Assembly: GCA_021734325.1 (NCBI GenBank)
Contig: JAIPJF010000005.1
Span: forward strand, 4,028 to 68,027
Source: Fidelibacterota bacterium
Lineage (GTDB): Bacteria > Fidelibacterota > UBA8477 > JABMPR01
Direction: 5' to 3'
DNA length: 64,000 nt
Positions 18,881 to 26,923 of this stretch are shown here, piece by piece. The notes under the pieces were generated by a model. It had not been told where the DNA came from, did no database searches, and saw nothing but the letters and a program-made list of their open reading frames with translations. Each line of letters opens with the position of its first letter. The stretch's first letter is position 1. The position numbers were made by a program, and so were the translations under genes.

Positions 18881-20407
18881 CTATTCAGATAGTATATTGA
18901 GTTGTGTCAGTGTATGGGGGTGTATGACCCCTGTTTTCGTCTTCGGGTGTTTGCCGGTCATGGCGTCGAACATGCGTGAAAATGCCGATTCCTGACCAGA
19001 GCTCCGAATAAGCTCCGTTAAGAATGAGTTTTTCATAATCAAACGCATGGAGGTCTTCAGGTACTCTTTCTTGAAAGCATCAGGTTCAGTAAAAAAGTCA
19101 TGAGCCTTATTCATGTAATATCTTCTGTAGCAATCCACAAGTTGACTGCGGACCTCCTTCAGGCTCATGGTTTCTGGCTTTATGATAGGTTCAACCAGAT
19201 TGTACCTACCATAATCATACACCTCGATGAACGGTTCCATTTCCCTATACATTTCAGCATAGGGCCAGGGAGTAATGGCCAGAAAATGGGCAAAATCCGG
19301 ACTGTACTCTTGCGCGAGACGGAGTGTTTCATCAATACTCTCTTTGGTTTCCCAGGGAAAGCCTATCACAAATGATGTTTCAGTTATCATGTGATGCGCA
19401 TGGATAAGTCTGATTGCTTTCCGAGACGCCTCGATGCTCAATTCTTTATTGATCAGATCCAGCGTTTCCTGGCTGGTGGCTTCAAGACCGATGTAAATAT
19501 GGATGACCCCGGCAGCCTTATATTTTTCTAGAATATCTTCATCCCTTACAATGTCCTCAGCCCTTGTTTCAAGCAAAATGTAGACATCTAATTCGCTGAC
19601 AATAATGAGATCAAGCAGCCGCTCCCACCGCTCTCTATCTTTTGTAGGATATTCGTCCACGAATAGAAAAATATTGACGCCGTATTCTGAATGCAAGTGC
19701 TGCATTTCTGCTAGAATATTTTGTGGATCGCGGCCTCTCCAGGTTTTCCCCCAAAATTTTTGCTGAGAACAAAAGGTGCAGCCATGGGTGCATCCTCGAG
19801 AGGTGCTAATGGCCGCTAACCTGGAATCAGGGATAACAAAATATCGGTAATCTTCCCAGTCGATGAGATCCCAGGCTGTGGGTAGACTATCCAAGTCCTG
19901 ACAGAAAGGTCGTACCGCTGTGTGCTTTACTTCACCCTCATCAACATAGGTGAGTCCTGCGACATCTTTGACATCGTTCCCTAGATCCAGGGCTTTAAGA
20001 AGCTCAGGAAGTGTCTCCTCGCCTTCACCGACGACGATATAATCAATGATATTTGAATGCTCTCCAAATAGGTCTTGATAACAAAACGTTGGATGTACGC
20101 CACCCATGATCGTTTTTACTCCCGGGTGAATCCGCTTCGCCAGAGCCAGGACATCGATGCTGGCGTTAATACTTGCAGTGATTGAGGTGATGGCAATATA
20201 GTCAAATGCTTCCCGCCTGAGTGTGGTTCCAATTTCTTCAAGACTGTGCTGCTTTGACATGGCATCATAAATTTTTGCTTCATATCCGGCTTTTCTGACC
20301 GCTCCAGCGAGATAAACGAATACGAGTGGCATCCAGGTTCCTGCCGATTCAACCACGCCAGCGTGATAGGGAGGGGTGATAAATAATATTTTTTTCTTAC
20401 TACTCAT
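18881..20407 (-). CDS. B12-binding-domain radical SAM enzyme
   Basis: N-terminal cobalamin-binding Rossmann-like domain ('KILFITPPYH...AITSITAS'). Radical SAM cluster motif 'SRGCTHGCTFCSQ' (CxxxCxxC). The long C-terminal helical tail is typical of class B radical SAM proteins. Confidence 0.9.
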   Translation of the reverse strand: MSSKKKILFITPPYHAGVVESAGTWMPLVFVYLAGAVRKAGYEAKIYDAMSKQHSLEEIGTTLRREAFDYIAITSITASINASIDVLALAKRIHPGVKTIMGGVHPTFCYQDLFGEHSNIIDYIVVGEGEETLPELLKALDLGNDVKDVAGLTYVDEGEVKHTAVRPFCQDLDSLPTAWDLIDWEDYRYFVIPDSRLAAISTSRGCTHGCTFCSQQKFWGKTWRGRDPQNILAEMQHLHSEYGVNIFLFVDEYPTKDRERWERLLDLIIVSELDVYILLETRAEDIVRDEDILEKYKAAGVIHIYIGLEATSQETLDLINKELSIEASRKAIRLIHAHHMITETSFVIGFPWETKESIDETLRLAQEYSPDFAHFLAITPWPYAEMYREMEPFIEVYDYGRYNLVEPIIKPETMSLKEVRSQLVDCYRRYYMNKAHDFFTEPDAFKKEYLKTSMRLIMKNSFLTELIRSSGQESAFSRMFDAMTGKHPKTKTGVIHPHTLTQLNILSE

Positions 20408-20777
20408 AGAGAGACATTGATCTTCTTAACCGTGTTTGGATGACTAACCCCCATATGACAAGACTGACAAGCAAAATATGTTTTACGATGAGTGCGACTA
20501 TTTGTCCCCGTCCAGCGGCCGGTAACCATTCATATTGTTCATAAGCCATTGTTCTGATCACACCACCGATGATAATCCATATCCAGGCTATCCAGATCGC
20601 TTTTCTGAAATAATTATAAATTCCGATGTATAGCGTCATCCCATCCCGGGAGAGATCCTTTTTACTGGATTTATAGAGATAGCTGAGACCAAACAGGCTC
20701 ACAAATAACAAGGCTACTGCAAAATCATGAAAAAAATTGTTCAGCATGATGAATATTGACATGAACACTCCCATCAT
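20400..20777 (-). CDS. Small integral membrane protein (3-4 TM helices, His residues in the helices)
   Basis: 125 aa and hydrophobic. 'FFHDFAVALLF' and 'IVKHILLVSLVIWG' place His residues within predicted helices. Its start overlaps the upstream stop (TGATG), and its stop overlaps the radical SAM start by 8 nt (ATGAGTAG). Confidence 0.7.
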   Translation of the reverse strand: MMGVFMSIFIMLNNFFHDFAVALLFVSLFGLSYLYKSSKKDLSRDGMTLYIGIYNYFRKAIWIAWIWIIIGGVIRTMAYEQYEWLPAAGRGQIVALIVKHILLVSLVIWGLVIQTRLRRSMSLYE

Positions 20778-21790
20778 CAGAATTTATAGAACTTTAGTTC
20801 GGTGCTGGCCATATCAGTAATCATAATTAAGCGCTTTTCATTGTCAATTGCGAGATTTATCGGGGATTCCAGTTCTTCACCGTAGGTTAATATCTGGGTC
20901 CCAGACGGGTCAAATACGTGGATCATGCCGGTTTCACTATCTGCGATATGCAGTCGGCCTTGCTGGTAAATTCCTGAGGGATCAAATACACTGTCTGCTC
21001 GCGCCAGGAATTTCGGTGATGGGATATTATCGAAAGCCATTCCCTGGGGCGATTGTAGCGCATTGCTTTCAGGTTTGACCAGCAGGCCCATGTCTCTGCC
21101 ATTACAGCTAAACACTCTTACATTCGCCGGGTGTAAAGTGCTAACGAGTAGCCTTCCATCAGGAGATATGATACAGTAGCCAGGGGCGAAGAAATCTAAA
21201 TCAGACCCGTTTAAATCCGGCGCGGAAAAAATGAGTTCTCCTGGTTCGCTGATTCCCGGTTTTTCCATGATATTTATGGCCATGACCTGCTGAAGTTTGC
21301 GGTCAGTGACATAGAGGACACCATCGTGCAGGGTAATGCCATATGGACGTAATCTGCTCACGTGGTCAGGCAGCCAGGCGATACGCTGAATCAAAGTTCC
21401 CAACAGGTCATAAATACGTAAATCACCTATCTGACTATCGGTCATATAAATATGATCATGATCCGCAGTGATTCCGGTAATGGAACCTTTCCCCTCATGG
21501 GATAGGTCCAGTCGCTTGATGAATTTGAATCGCGTATCAAAGATGTCAACGAGAGATTTATTGTGATAGGAAAGAAAACGATATTGATCTGTCGAACAAA
21601 ATGCGAAGGGGCGCAGGTTTTTATCATCAGATAATTTCAGGCTCCCAAGGTAAACAGGAGGCTCATCGAATTGCGTGATCACGTGAGTATTCTGTATCTT
21701 TCTTTCCAGTGTTAGCCAGTCATCGTGACTGAAAATAGATATACTGAAAGCCAGAATAGCCCCCACAAGAATGGGGGTGCAGATCTTCAT
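20777..21790 (-). CDS. NHL-repeat six-bladed beta-propeller protein (paralogue 3)
   Basis: Start chosen at 'MKICTPILVGAILAFSISIFS' (signal peptide). An alternative ATG at 21826 would overlap the ccsA stop by 8 nt. Repeated 'GITxD..hIYVTD....I.hasp' blades (e.g. 'PYGITLHDGVLYVTDRKLQQVMAI'). Confidence 0.8.
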   Translation of the reverse strand: MKICTPILVGAILAFSISIFSHDDWLTLERKIQNTHVITQFDEPPVYLGSLKLSDDKNLRPFAFCSTDQYRFLSYHNKSLVDIFDTRFKFIKRLDLSHEGKGSITGITADHDHIYMTDSQIGDLRIYDLLGTLIQRIAWLPDHVSRLRPYGITLHDGVLYVTDRKLQQVMAINIMEKPGISEPGELIFSAPDLNGSDLDFFAPGYCIISPDGRLLVSTLHPANVRVFSCNGRDMGLLVKPESNALQSPQGMAFDNIPSPKFLARADSVFDPSGIYQQGRLHIADSETGMIHVFDPSGTQILTYGEELESPINLAIDNEKRLIMITDMASTELKFYKF

Positions 21791-21818
21791 TACTTTGCTA
21801 TTGATCAGGGAGTTCAGA

Positions 21819-22637
21819 TTAACCATAACTGTGAATGGTCTGATAGACGTAACCAACACCCCACAGAGAGAAAGCAGCGATGAGTACGGCGATAATCGCA
21901 TACCAGGCAGTAAATTTACCCCGCAAGCGTTTAAAGGTGAAGTGTATATGGAGATACAGTGCATATACGATCCAGGTGATCAAGCTCCAGGTCTCAATGG
22001 GATCCCAGGCCCAGTAACGTCCCCAGGCATTATTGGCCCACACCGCCCCGGAAGCGAGCATAATAGTATGGAAAAGGAATCCCATCATGATATAGCGAAA
22101 GACCATTTCATCTAATAGTTCAGGCGTGCTTGGGTTTATTTTATCTCCGGCTGTTGATTGTCGATTCCTTTTTAACCACATGAAGCTTATACCTGCTGCG
22201 ACGAGAAACAGGGCCACACTCGCAGTAGCAAAACTTGCATGAATAAAGAGCCATACGCTATCCAATCCTGCACTCAAGGGTTCACCTGCATAGGAGGGGG
22301 TGCTGGCCCAGCCCATAAGCAAAAATGATCCACCACTTACCCCCAGTCCGGCCAAATCGAATCCCTTACCCTGTATTTGAAGTATGAGATAGAATAAAAT
22401 GGCGAACCATGCTGTAGCAGAAGCAGATTCAAACAGCGAAACAAAGGGAGGGTGCCCAGTGTAGATCCACCTGAGGATCTGGAAGAGAGTATGCATACTC
22501 AATCCAAAATAGACTGCAATGATGGCAAAGGATGAAAATTTGTCCTTTGCAAAAAAGAAGGCAATACAAAAGACTCCAAATGCCGTAGCATAACTTAACA
22601 CTGCCAACCAATACGAGATAATTTCAAATAATTGCAT
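21819..22637 (-). CDS. ccsA: Cytochrome c biogenesis System II haem-handling protein CcsA/ResC
   Basis: Polytopic membrane protein with the Trp-rich WWD motif 'WGRYWAWDPIETWSLITW' and flanking conserved His residues. Confidence 0.9.
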   Translation of the reverse strand: MQLFEIISYWLAVLSYATAFGVFCIAFFFAKDKFSSFAIIAVYFGLSMHTLFQILRWIYTGHPPFVSLFESASATAWFAILFYLILQIQGKGFDLAGLGVSGGSFLLMGWASTPSYAGEPLSAGLDSVWLFIHASFATASVALFLVAAGISFMWLKRNRQSTAGDKINPSTPELLDEMVFRYIMMGFLFHTIMLASGAVWANNAWGRYWAWDPIETWSLITWIVYALYLHIHFTFKRLRGKFTAWYAIIAVLIAAFSLWGVGYVYQTIHSYG

Positions 22638-23937
22638 GTTTTTGCTCTGATTCCTCTGTGTGAATTGGGTCCGTTTGAGGAGAAAGGGTAATTAATGGAT
22701 TGAGCAGTGGCTCCAATTCTGATAACAGGTCTTGGATTTCCTTATGCATGCTTGCCCTGTATTTTTCTGCTTTGCTTGAGATCTTGATGCTCGTGTAATG
22801 TTTCAATTCGTCAATGCTTATCATGATAGTGGTCCGACTGAACAAAGCTCGTAACAGAAGTCCGATAATCATAGATATTAAACCCATCTGGAGAGGAATT
22901 TGTCCAGGATTAGTCTGCAGTTCGAATTGATTCCAGGTTCGGATGTCGGAGTAAAATATTTGAAGACCCTGCAAAAATCCAGATGCACCAGGGAATAATG
23001 ATAGGGAGGCTGTCATGGTATTTGGACCTTTGGGCTCTTGGATCGAGATCTGGAGCTTGTTTTGATCTTCGATCTTCAGGTTTAAAACAACACCATTGGG
23101 CAGAGTAAAATGATCCGAATGGATACGCGTACCATTGGTCCAGCGGTTCGCAATTCTGATATATCCAGCAAGTTGTTGTCCTGTGTCATCAAGAATTCTG
23201 AGACCTGGTGAATACCCCCAGTTCATTAAAATGAACCCGTAGTCGTCTATATGTCCCCCTTCTCCATAAATGATTGTTTTTTCAGTATGGGTTTTAGGGG
23301 AAAATACAGTAGCACTACCGGGAGTGACCACTTGATCCTTGTACAATACGGGGGGGATGAAACTGCTCAGGGACACAGAGAATGACTCCCGAGTCCCTGG
23401 AGTGACAAACCAGCCTGGATCTGAATGCTGCCAGGATTGAGTTGGACTATCAAAAGTTTCACCCTCTGTCAAGGAGAAAACCATTTTATGACCCAAGGCC
23501 ATATTCATGAACAGAGCGATTAAAATTATTAATAAGGCGAAATGGAATATAAATGAGCCCCAAATACCAACATTCAGGTTTGAATAGGTCATGCCAGTAT
23601 GGAAGAGGTATCTGCGATTAAAGGATCTGACATTTGTCATATGCTCGGTTATGATCTCCTCGACCTGCTGACTTCGGAAGGGGGAATAGAGGGCAAATAT
23701 CTTGGGCGAATGCTTGAAGCCTGTCTTTGCAGCCTTCGATCGTTTCAACTCACTTCTTATACGACGGAAAAGAGAGAGCGAGAGCATGATGATGGTCAGG
23801 AGTCCTAATGTTACACCTATCTGTTCCAGTGAACCCACGTCTACGATTGATGGGAAAAGGGCAATATTCACAGACAAGATGAGCAAAGCGATTAGAAATA
23901 GAAATGCGAGTCTATTAATAGTCAAAAATCGAGACAT
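22624..23937 (-). CDS. ccsB: Cytochrome c biogenesis System II protein ResB/CcsB-like
   Basis: Start chosen at 'MSRFLTINRLAFLFLIALLIL'; the longer ORF would overlap the upstream cytochrome gene. The topology is ResB-like: N-terminal TMs including the His-bearing 'IFHFALLIILIAL', a large soluble domain and a C-terminal TM. It overlaps ccsA by 14 nt. Confidence 0.7.
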   Translation of the reverse strand: MSRFLTINRLAFLFLIALLILSVNIALFPSIVDVGSLEQIGVTLGLLTIIMLSLSLFRRIRSELKRSKAAKTGFKHSPKIFALYSPFRSQQVEEIITEHMTNVRSFNRRYLFHTGMTYSNLNVGIWGSFIFHFALLIILIALFMNMALGHKMVFSLTEGETFDSPTQSWQHSDPGWFVTPGTRESFSVSLSSFIPPVLYKDQVVTPGSATVFSPKTHTEKTIIYGEGGHIDDYGFILMNWGYSPGLRILDDTGQQLAGYIRIANRWTNGTRIHSDHFTLPNGVVLNLKIEDQNKLQISIQEPKGPNTMTASLSLFPGASGFLQGLQIFYSDIRTWNQFELQTNPGQIPLQMGLISMIIGLLLRALFSRTTIMISIDELKHYTSIKISSKAEKYRASMHKEIQDLLSELEPLLNPLITLSPQTDPIHTEESEQKHAII

Positions 23938-23957
23938 TTTTGCTAAAGTTTCATCTC

Positions 23958-25841
23958 TTAGTAATTTGTACCTTTGTGGGTCTTGGCACAATTTGCCGCA
24001 CCTGATTCTGACCAGCATTTGGGCACAGTGAAATCAATGTCTGCAATATAGCCGTTTACGAAGGCTCTCAGAGGTTGGGCAGTACCGGCACTGGATAATT
24101 GCTCATTTGTCACATATGCTTTATTCTGTCCATGGACATAGATCACCTTACTGTTTCCCCCTGACGTTGCCCCTATTTCAGAGCTTTCATACATATGGCA
24201 TGAGAAACATCCCATTGTCAATCGATGGGCACTTTTTACCGAGGGATGTTGACCAAATTGAGAGGACACCAAGCCACCATTCCAATAATTTGCATAGGAG
24301 TGGCACACATTGCAGAGGGGCGTGCCATTGGTTGCATCGCTGGCGATTGTCGCCACCAACATGGCAGATTGATTGGATGCGGGATCTGGGCTGTCCACGA
24401 TAACCGAAGAACCATGTGGTCCGGTGGCGTCAGTTCGATCAGGTATTCCTGTACCTGTGGACGTCCATCCTAAATCACTTCCATGACAATCTGAACATAG
24501 CACCAGACGGGTTGCGGAATCAAATGGGGGATTGGCATTGCTGGAATTCACCCACACGGTTTCATTTCTCTGTACAATTCCATGTGTGGAAGCATGGTTA
24601 GGATTGATCTCAAGGGCGATATTTCTTTTGCCTGCACCCTGCGTCGTATAATCAGAATGACATTTCAGACAGATCTGCCATTCAGCTGTCACCGGGTCCA
24701 CCACTGTATAGGTGATTGTAGGGCTGCCAAAATCGTTTGAGTTATCGGAAAAACTAGTTGGAGGCGTCCACCAGGTTGGCTGAACTCCCCATGTTCCTTT
24801 TAGAGCCGTTGCTAACGATGAGCCTGTCGTACCACCTGCAAGATGTGGCTCATGACAATCAAAACACTCTGCGTGTCGCTTGTCTGGATCTCTGAAAAAT
24901 GTATCTGCAGGAGCGGTCATAAATGTTTCACCACTAACATGAATTCCGGAAATTGTATTTGTTGGATGAGCATTGAGACTATTTAGTGGAGTCTCTATAT
25001 CCAAACTTCTGCCGCTGCTGGTCCCTGTTGCTGCTGTTGGTGCGTGACACCCCGAGACAGAGCAGGTAGCTTCTTCAACACCGGATAAAAGTGAGTTCCC
25101 ACCTCCATGGGGTTTATGACAGCCGGCACAACCTGTGGTATAATGAGCGACATCCACATCCCAGCCTGATTTAGCGTGACAGGTATTACATAGGTCTGCA
25201 CTGGGTTGGTGCAGGAAAGGTGCATATGTGGTATTGTGAGGATCATGGCAGGTATGACATTCAACGGTACCAGAAATATCATTGGGGTCAAGAAGGACAC
25301 CGCCAGTCAATGATGGATCCCAAGGGAAAGTCCTTGCGACAAGGTCTGGATCCTGACCCGGTCCACTTCCCTGATCATAAGTGAATCCGATTGGATGATC
25401 ATCTGTGAGATCGGTGCCTATGTATCCTGCGGCAACAAGTGGCATGGTTGTGACGCCGCCGGCCATGGTAATGGCGGATCCCGTGCCACTCCCCGGTGCA
25501 TTGTATACAGAACCGATAGCCACGGTTCCATCGTGACAGCTCATACAGAGTTTGGATTTGTCATTCGGTTGTGATGGTGTTGCATAACCTGAGAGCCTGG
25601 TGCTTGAGTATAAAGTATAGTCTGTTACAGAGCTCATCTGTTGGTTCCAGAGCTGATCAATGGTCTGGGTACTATGAGCAGTATGACAGAAAATGCAAAC
25701 CCCTTGTTCTGTGTCGGCCTGGTATGTGGCTCCCGTTGAAGAAGCTGAGAGGTCGTGCTTTGAATTTATAATTGATTGACCGGAGAGGACTGCATTCATT
25801 ACAAGGGCAGAAATAAACAAATAAAGAAGCTGTCTAATCAT
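23958..25841 (-). CDS. Multiheme cytochrome c, 11 haem-binding motifs (10 CxxCH + 1 CxxxxCH)
   Basis: Signal peptide 'MIRQLLYLFISALVMNAVLSGQ' (ATG 25841 overlaps the upstream stop by 8 nt, ATGATTAG). Motifs: CIFCH, CMSCH, CHTCH, CNTCH, CAGCH, CSVSGCH, CFDCH, CLKCH, CSDCH, CNVCH, CFSCH. The N-terminal 'SKHDLS...CIFCHTAH' resembles the doubled-CXXCH family. Confidence 0.95.
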   Translation of the reverse strand: MIRQLLYLFISALVMNAVLSGQSIINSKHDLSASSTGATYQADTEQGVCIFCHTAHSTQTIDQLWNQQMSSVTDYTLYSSTRLSGYATPSQPNDKSKLCMSCHDGTVAIGSVYNAPGSGTGSAITMAGGVTTMPLVAAGYIGTDLTDDHPIGFTYDQGSGPGQDPDLVARTFPWDPSLTGGVLLDPNDISGTVECHTCHDPHNTTYAPFLHQPSADLCNTCHAKSGWDVDVAHYTTGCAGCHKPHGGGNSLLSGVEEATCSVSGCHAPTAATGTSSGRSLDIETPLNSLNAHPTNTISGIHVSGETFMTAPADTFFRDPDKRHAECFDCHEPHLAGGTTGSSLATALKGTWGVQPTWWTPPTSFSDNSNDFGSPTITYTVVDPVTAEWQICLKCHSDYTTQGAGKRNIALEINPNHASTHGIVQRNETVWVNSSNANPPFDSATRLVLCSDCHGSDLGWTSTGTGIPDRTDATGPHGSSVIVDSPDPASNQSAMLVATIASDATNGTPLCNVCHSYANYWNGGLVSSQFGQHPSVKSAHRLTMGCFSCHMYESSEIGATSGGNSKVIYVHGQNKAYVTNEQLSSAGTAQPLRAFVNGYIADIDFTVPKCWSESGAANCAKTHKGTNY

Positions 25842-26844
25842 TGCTGCTGCTCCTGAGATATTGAAAAATCTGGATGCGCCCATTCATGGTATCAGCAATG
25901 TAAATCTTATCGTTATTATCGATCCATATTCCAGAGGGCATATTGAATTGTCCATGCCCATTTCCTGGGCTTCCGACAACCAGAAGTAATTGGCCCTCGG
26001 CATTGAAAATCTGGAATACATTAAACAGGTTGTCCACGACATAAATGTGATCCTGACTGTCACTGGCAATTCCTTTTGAACGCATAAACGTTCCCTGCAC
26101 ATCTCCCTGTTCTCCAAATATGTTTGTGATTTTATGGCTCTCATTCACTGCTTGTACCCGGAAGTTCATGGAATCGTTTATATACAGGTGTTTCCCTGTT
26201 CCCATAAATACAGGAAAATTGAATTCACCTGGACCAATGCCCTGCTGACCAAACTCAAACAAATATGTACCATCAAGGTTAAAGATGAAGATCTTGTGAT
26301 AACCCGTGTCTGCGACATATAATCGATTTTGATAGATGCAAAGTCCAGTCGGTCGAGAAAAATATCCCTCTATAGCATATTCCAATCGTCCTTTTTCATT
26401 GAGGATAAAAACAGACCCTATCTCCGAATCACTTATAAATATTTTTCTGCTCTGGGAAACCACAACATCTACAGGACTGATAAAAGGAGTTGAGCCGGCG
26501 TGATCAATGCGCTGGTAGCTTTTATCCTTTTGGTCGAACACATGCAGTGTCCTTAGTCCCTGATCTGTTACATACAGCCTGCCCATTCCATCGACGCACA
26601 AGCTTAGGGGTTTGACCAGTGACTCACTTCGGGAATCTCTTCCTAAAACGAAATCGACCACCTTGCTCCAGAATTTTTTTTCAATTCCCAAATCCTGACT
26701 GGAATAAATACTCGAGACGTAGCGTATGCGTGCCATTTCAGGTGGTTCGGGCCAGACGGGTTTCTCCTCTGCCCAGGCGAAGTCCAATGCTCCCAGTAGG
26801 AGAATAGTAATGCAGAGGCCCTTTATTGGCAGAAAAACTTTCAT
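25834..26844 (-). CDS. NHL-repeat six-bladed beta-propeller protein (paralogue 2), secreted
   Basis: Signal peptide 'MKVFLPIKGLCITILLLGALDFAWA'. NHL blades include 'GEFNFPVFMGTGKHLYINDSMNFRVQAV' and 'GQFNMPSGIWIDNNDKIYIADTMNGRIQIF'. Confidence 0.85.
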   Translation of the reverse strand: MKVFLPIKGLCITILLLGALDFAWAEEKPVWPEPPEMARIRYVSSIYSSQDLGIEKKFWSKVVDFVLGRDSRSESLVKPLSLCVDGMGRLYVTDQGLRTLHVFDQKDKSYQRIDHAGSTPFISPVDVVVSQSRKIFISDSEIGSVFILNEKGRLEYAIEGYFSRPTGLCIYQNRLYVADTGYHKIFIFNLDGTYLFEFGQQGIGPGEFNFPVFMGTGKHLYINDSMNFRVQAVNESHKITNIFGEQGDVQGTFMRSKGIASDSQDHIYVVDNLFNVFQIFNAEGQLLLVVGSPGNGHGQFNMPSGIWIDNNDKIYIADTMNGRIQIFQYLRSSSND

Positions 26845-26923
26845 ATACCTAGGTAGTCCATCTAATTATGTGCCAACGTAACCTGGGATAGCTTGAGAAT
26901 GATGATAAAATTCACTTTCTATG

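Noticed and set aside
20777-25883. Longest-ORF starts given by the track for NHL3 (21964), ResB (24018) and the 11-haem cytochrome (25883). The same issue affects the nonahaem gene (38510), lpd (44812), hybD (53634), the TPR protein (34872) and the OMP (48317).
   Set aside because: The extensions overlap the upstream gene by 35-170 nt and place non-signal sequence ahead of clear signal peptides or conserved N-termini. Internal ATGs with RBS or coupling geometry were preferred.
26724-26739. TGGCACGCATACGC (minus strand) inside the NHL2 gene
   Set aside because: The GC element is displaced by one nucleotide and the site lies within coding sequence. It is probably a chance match.
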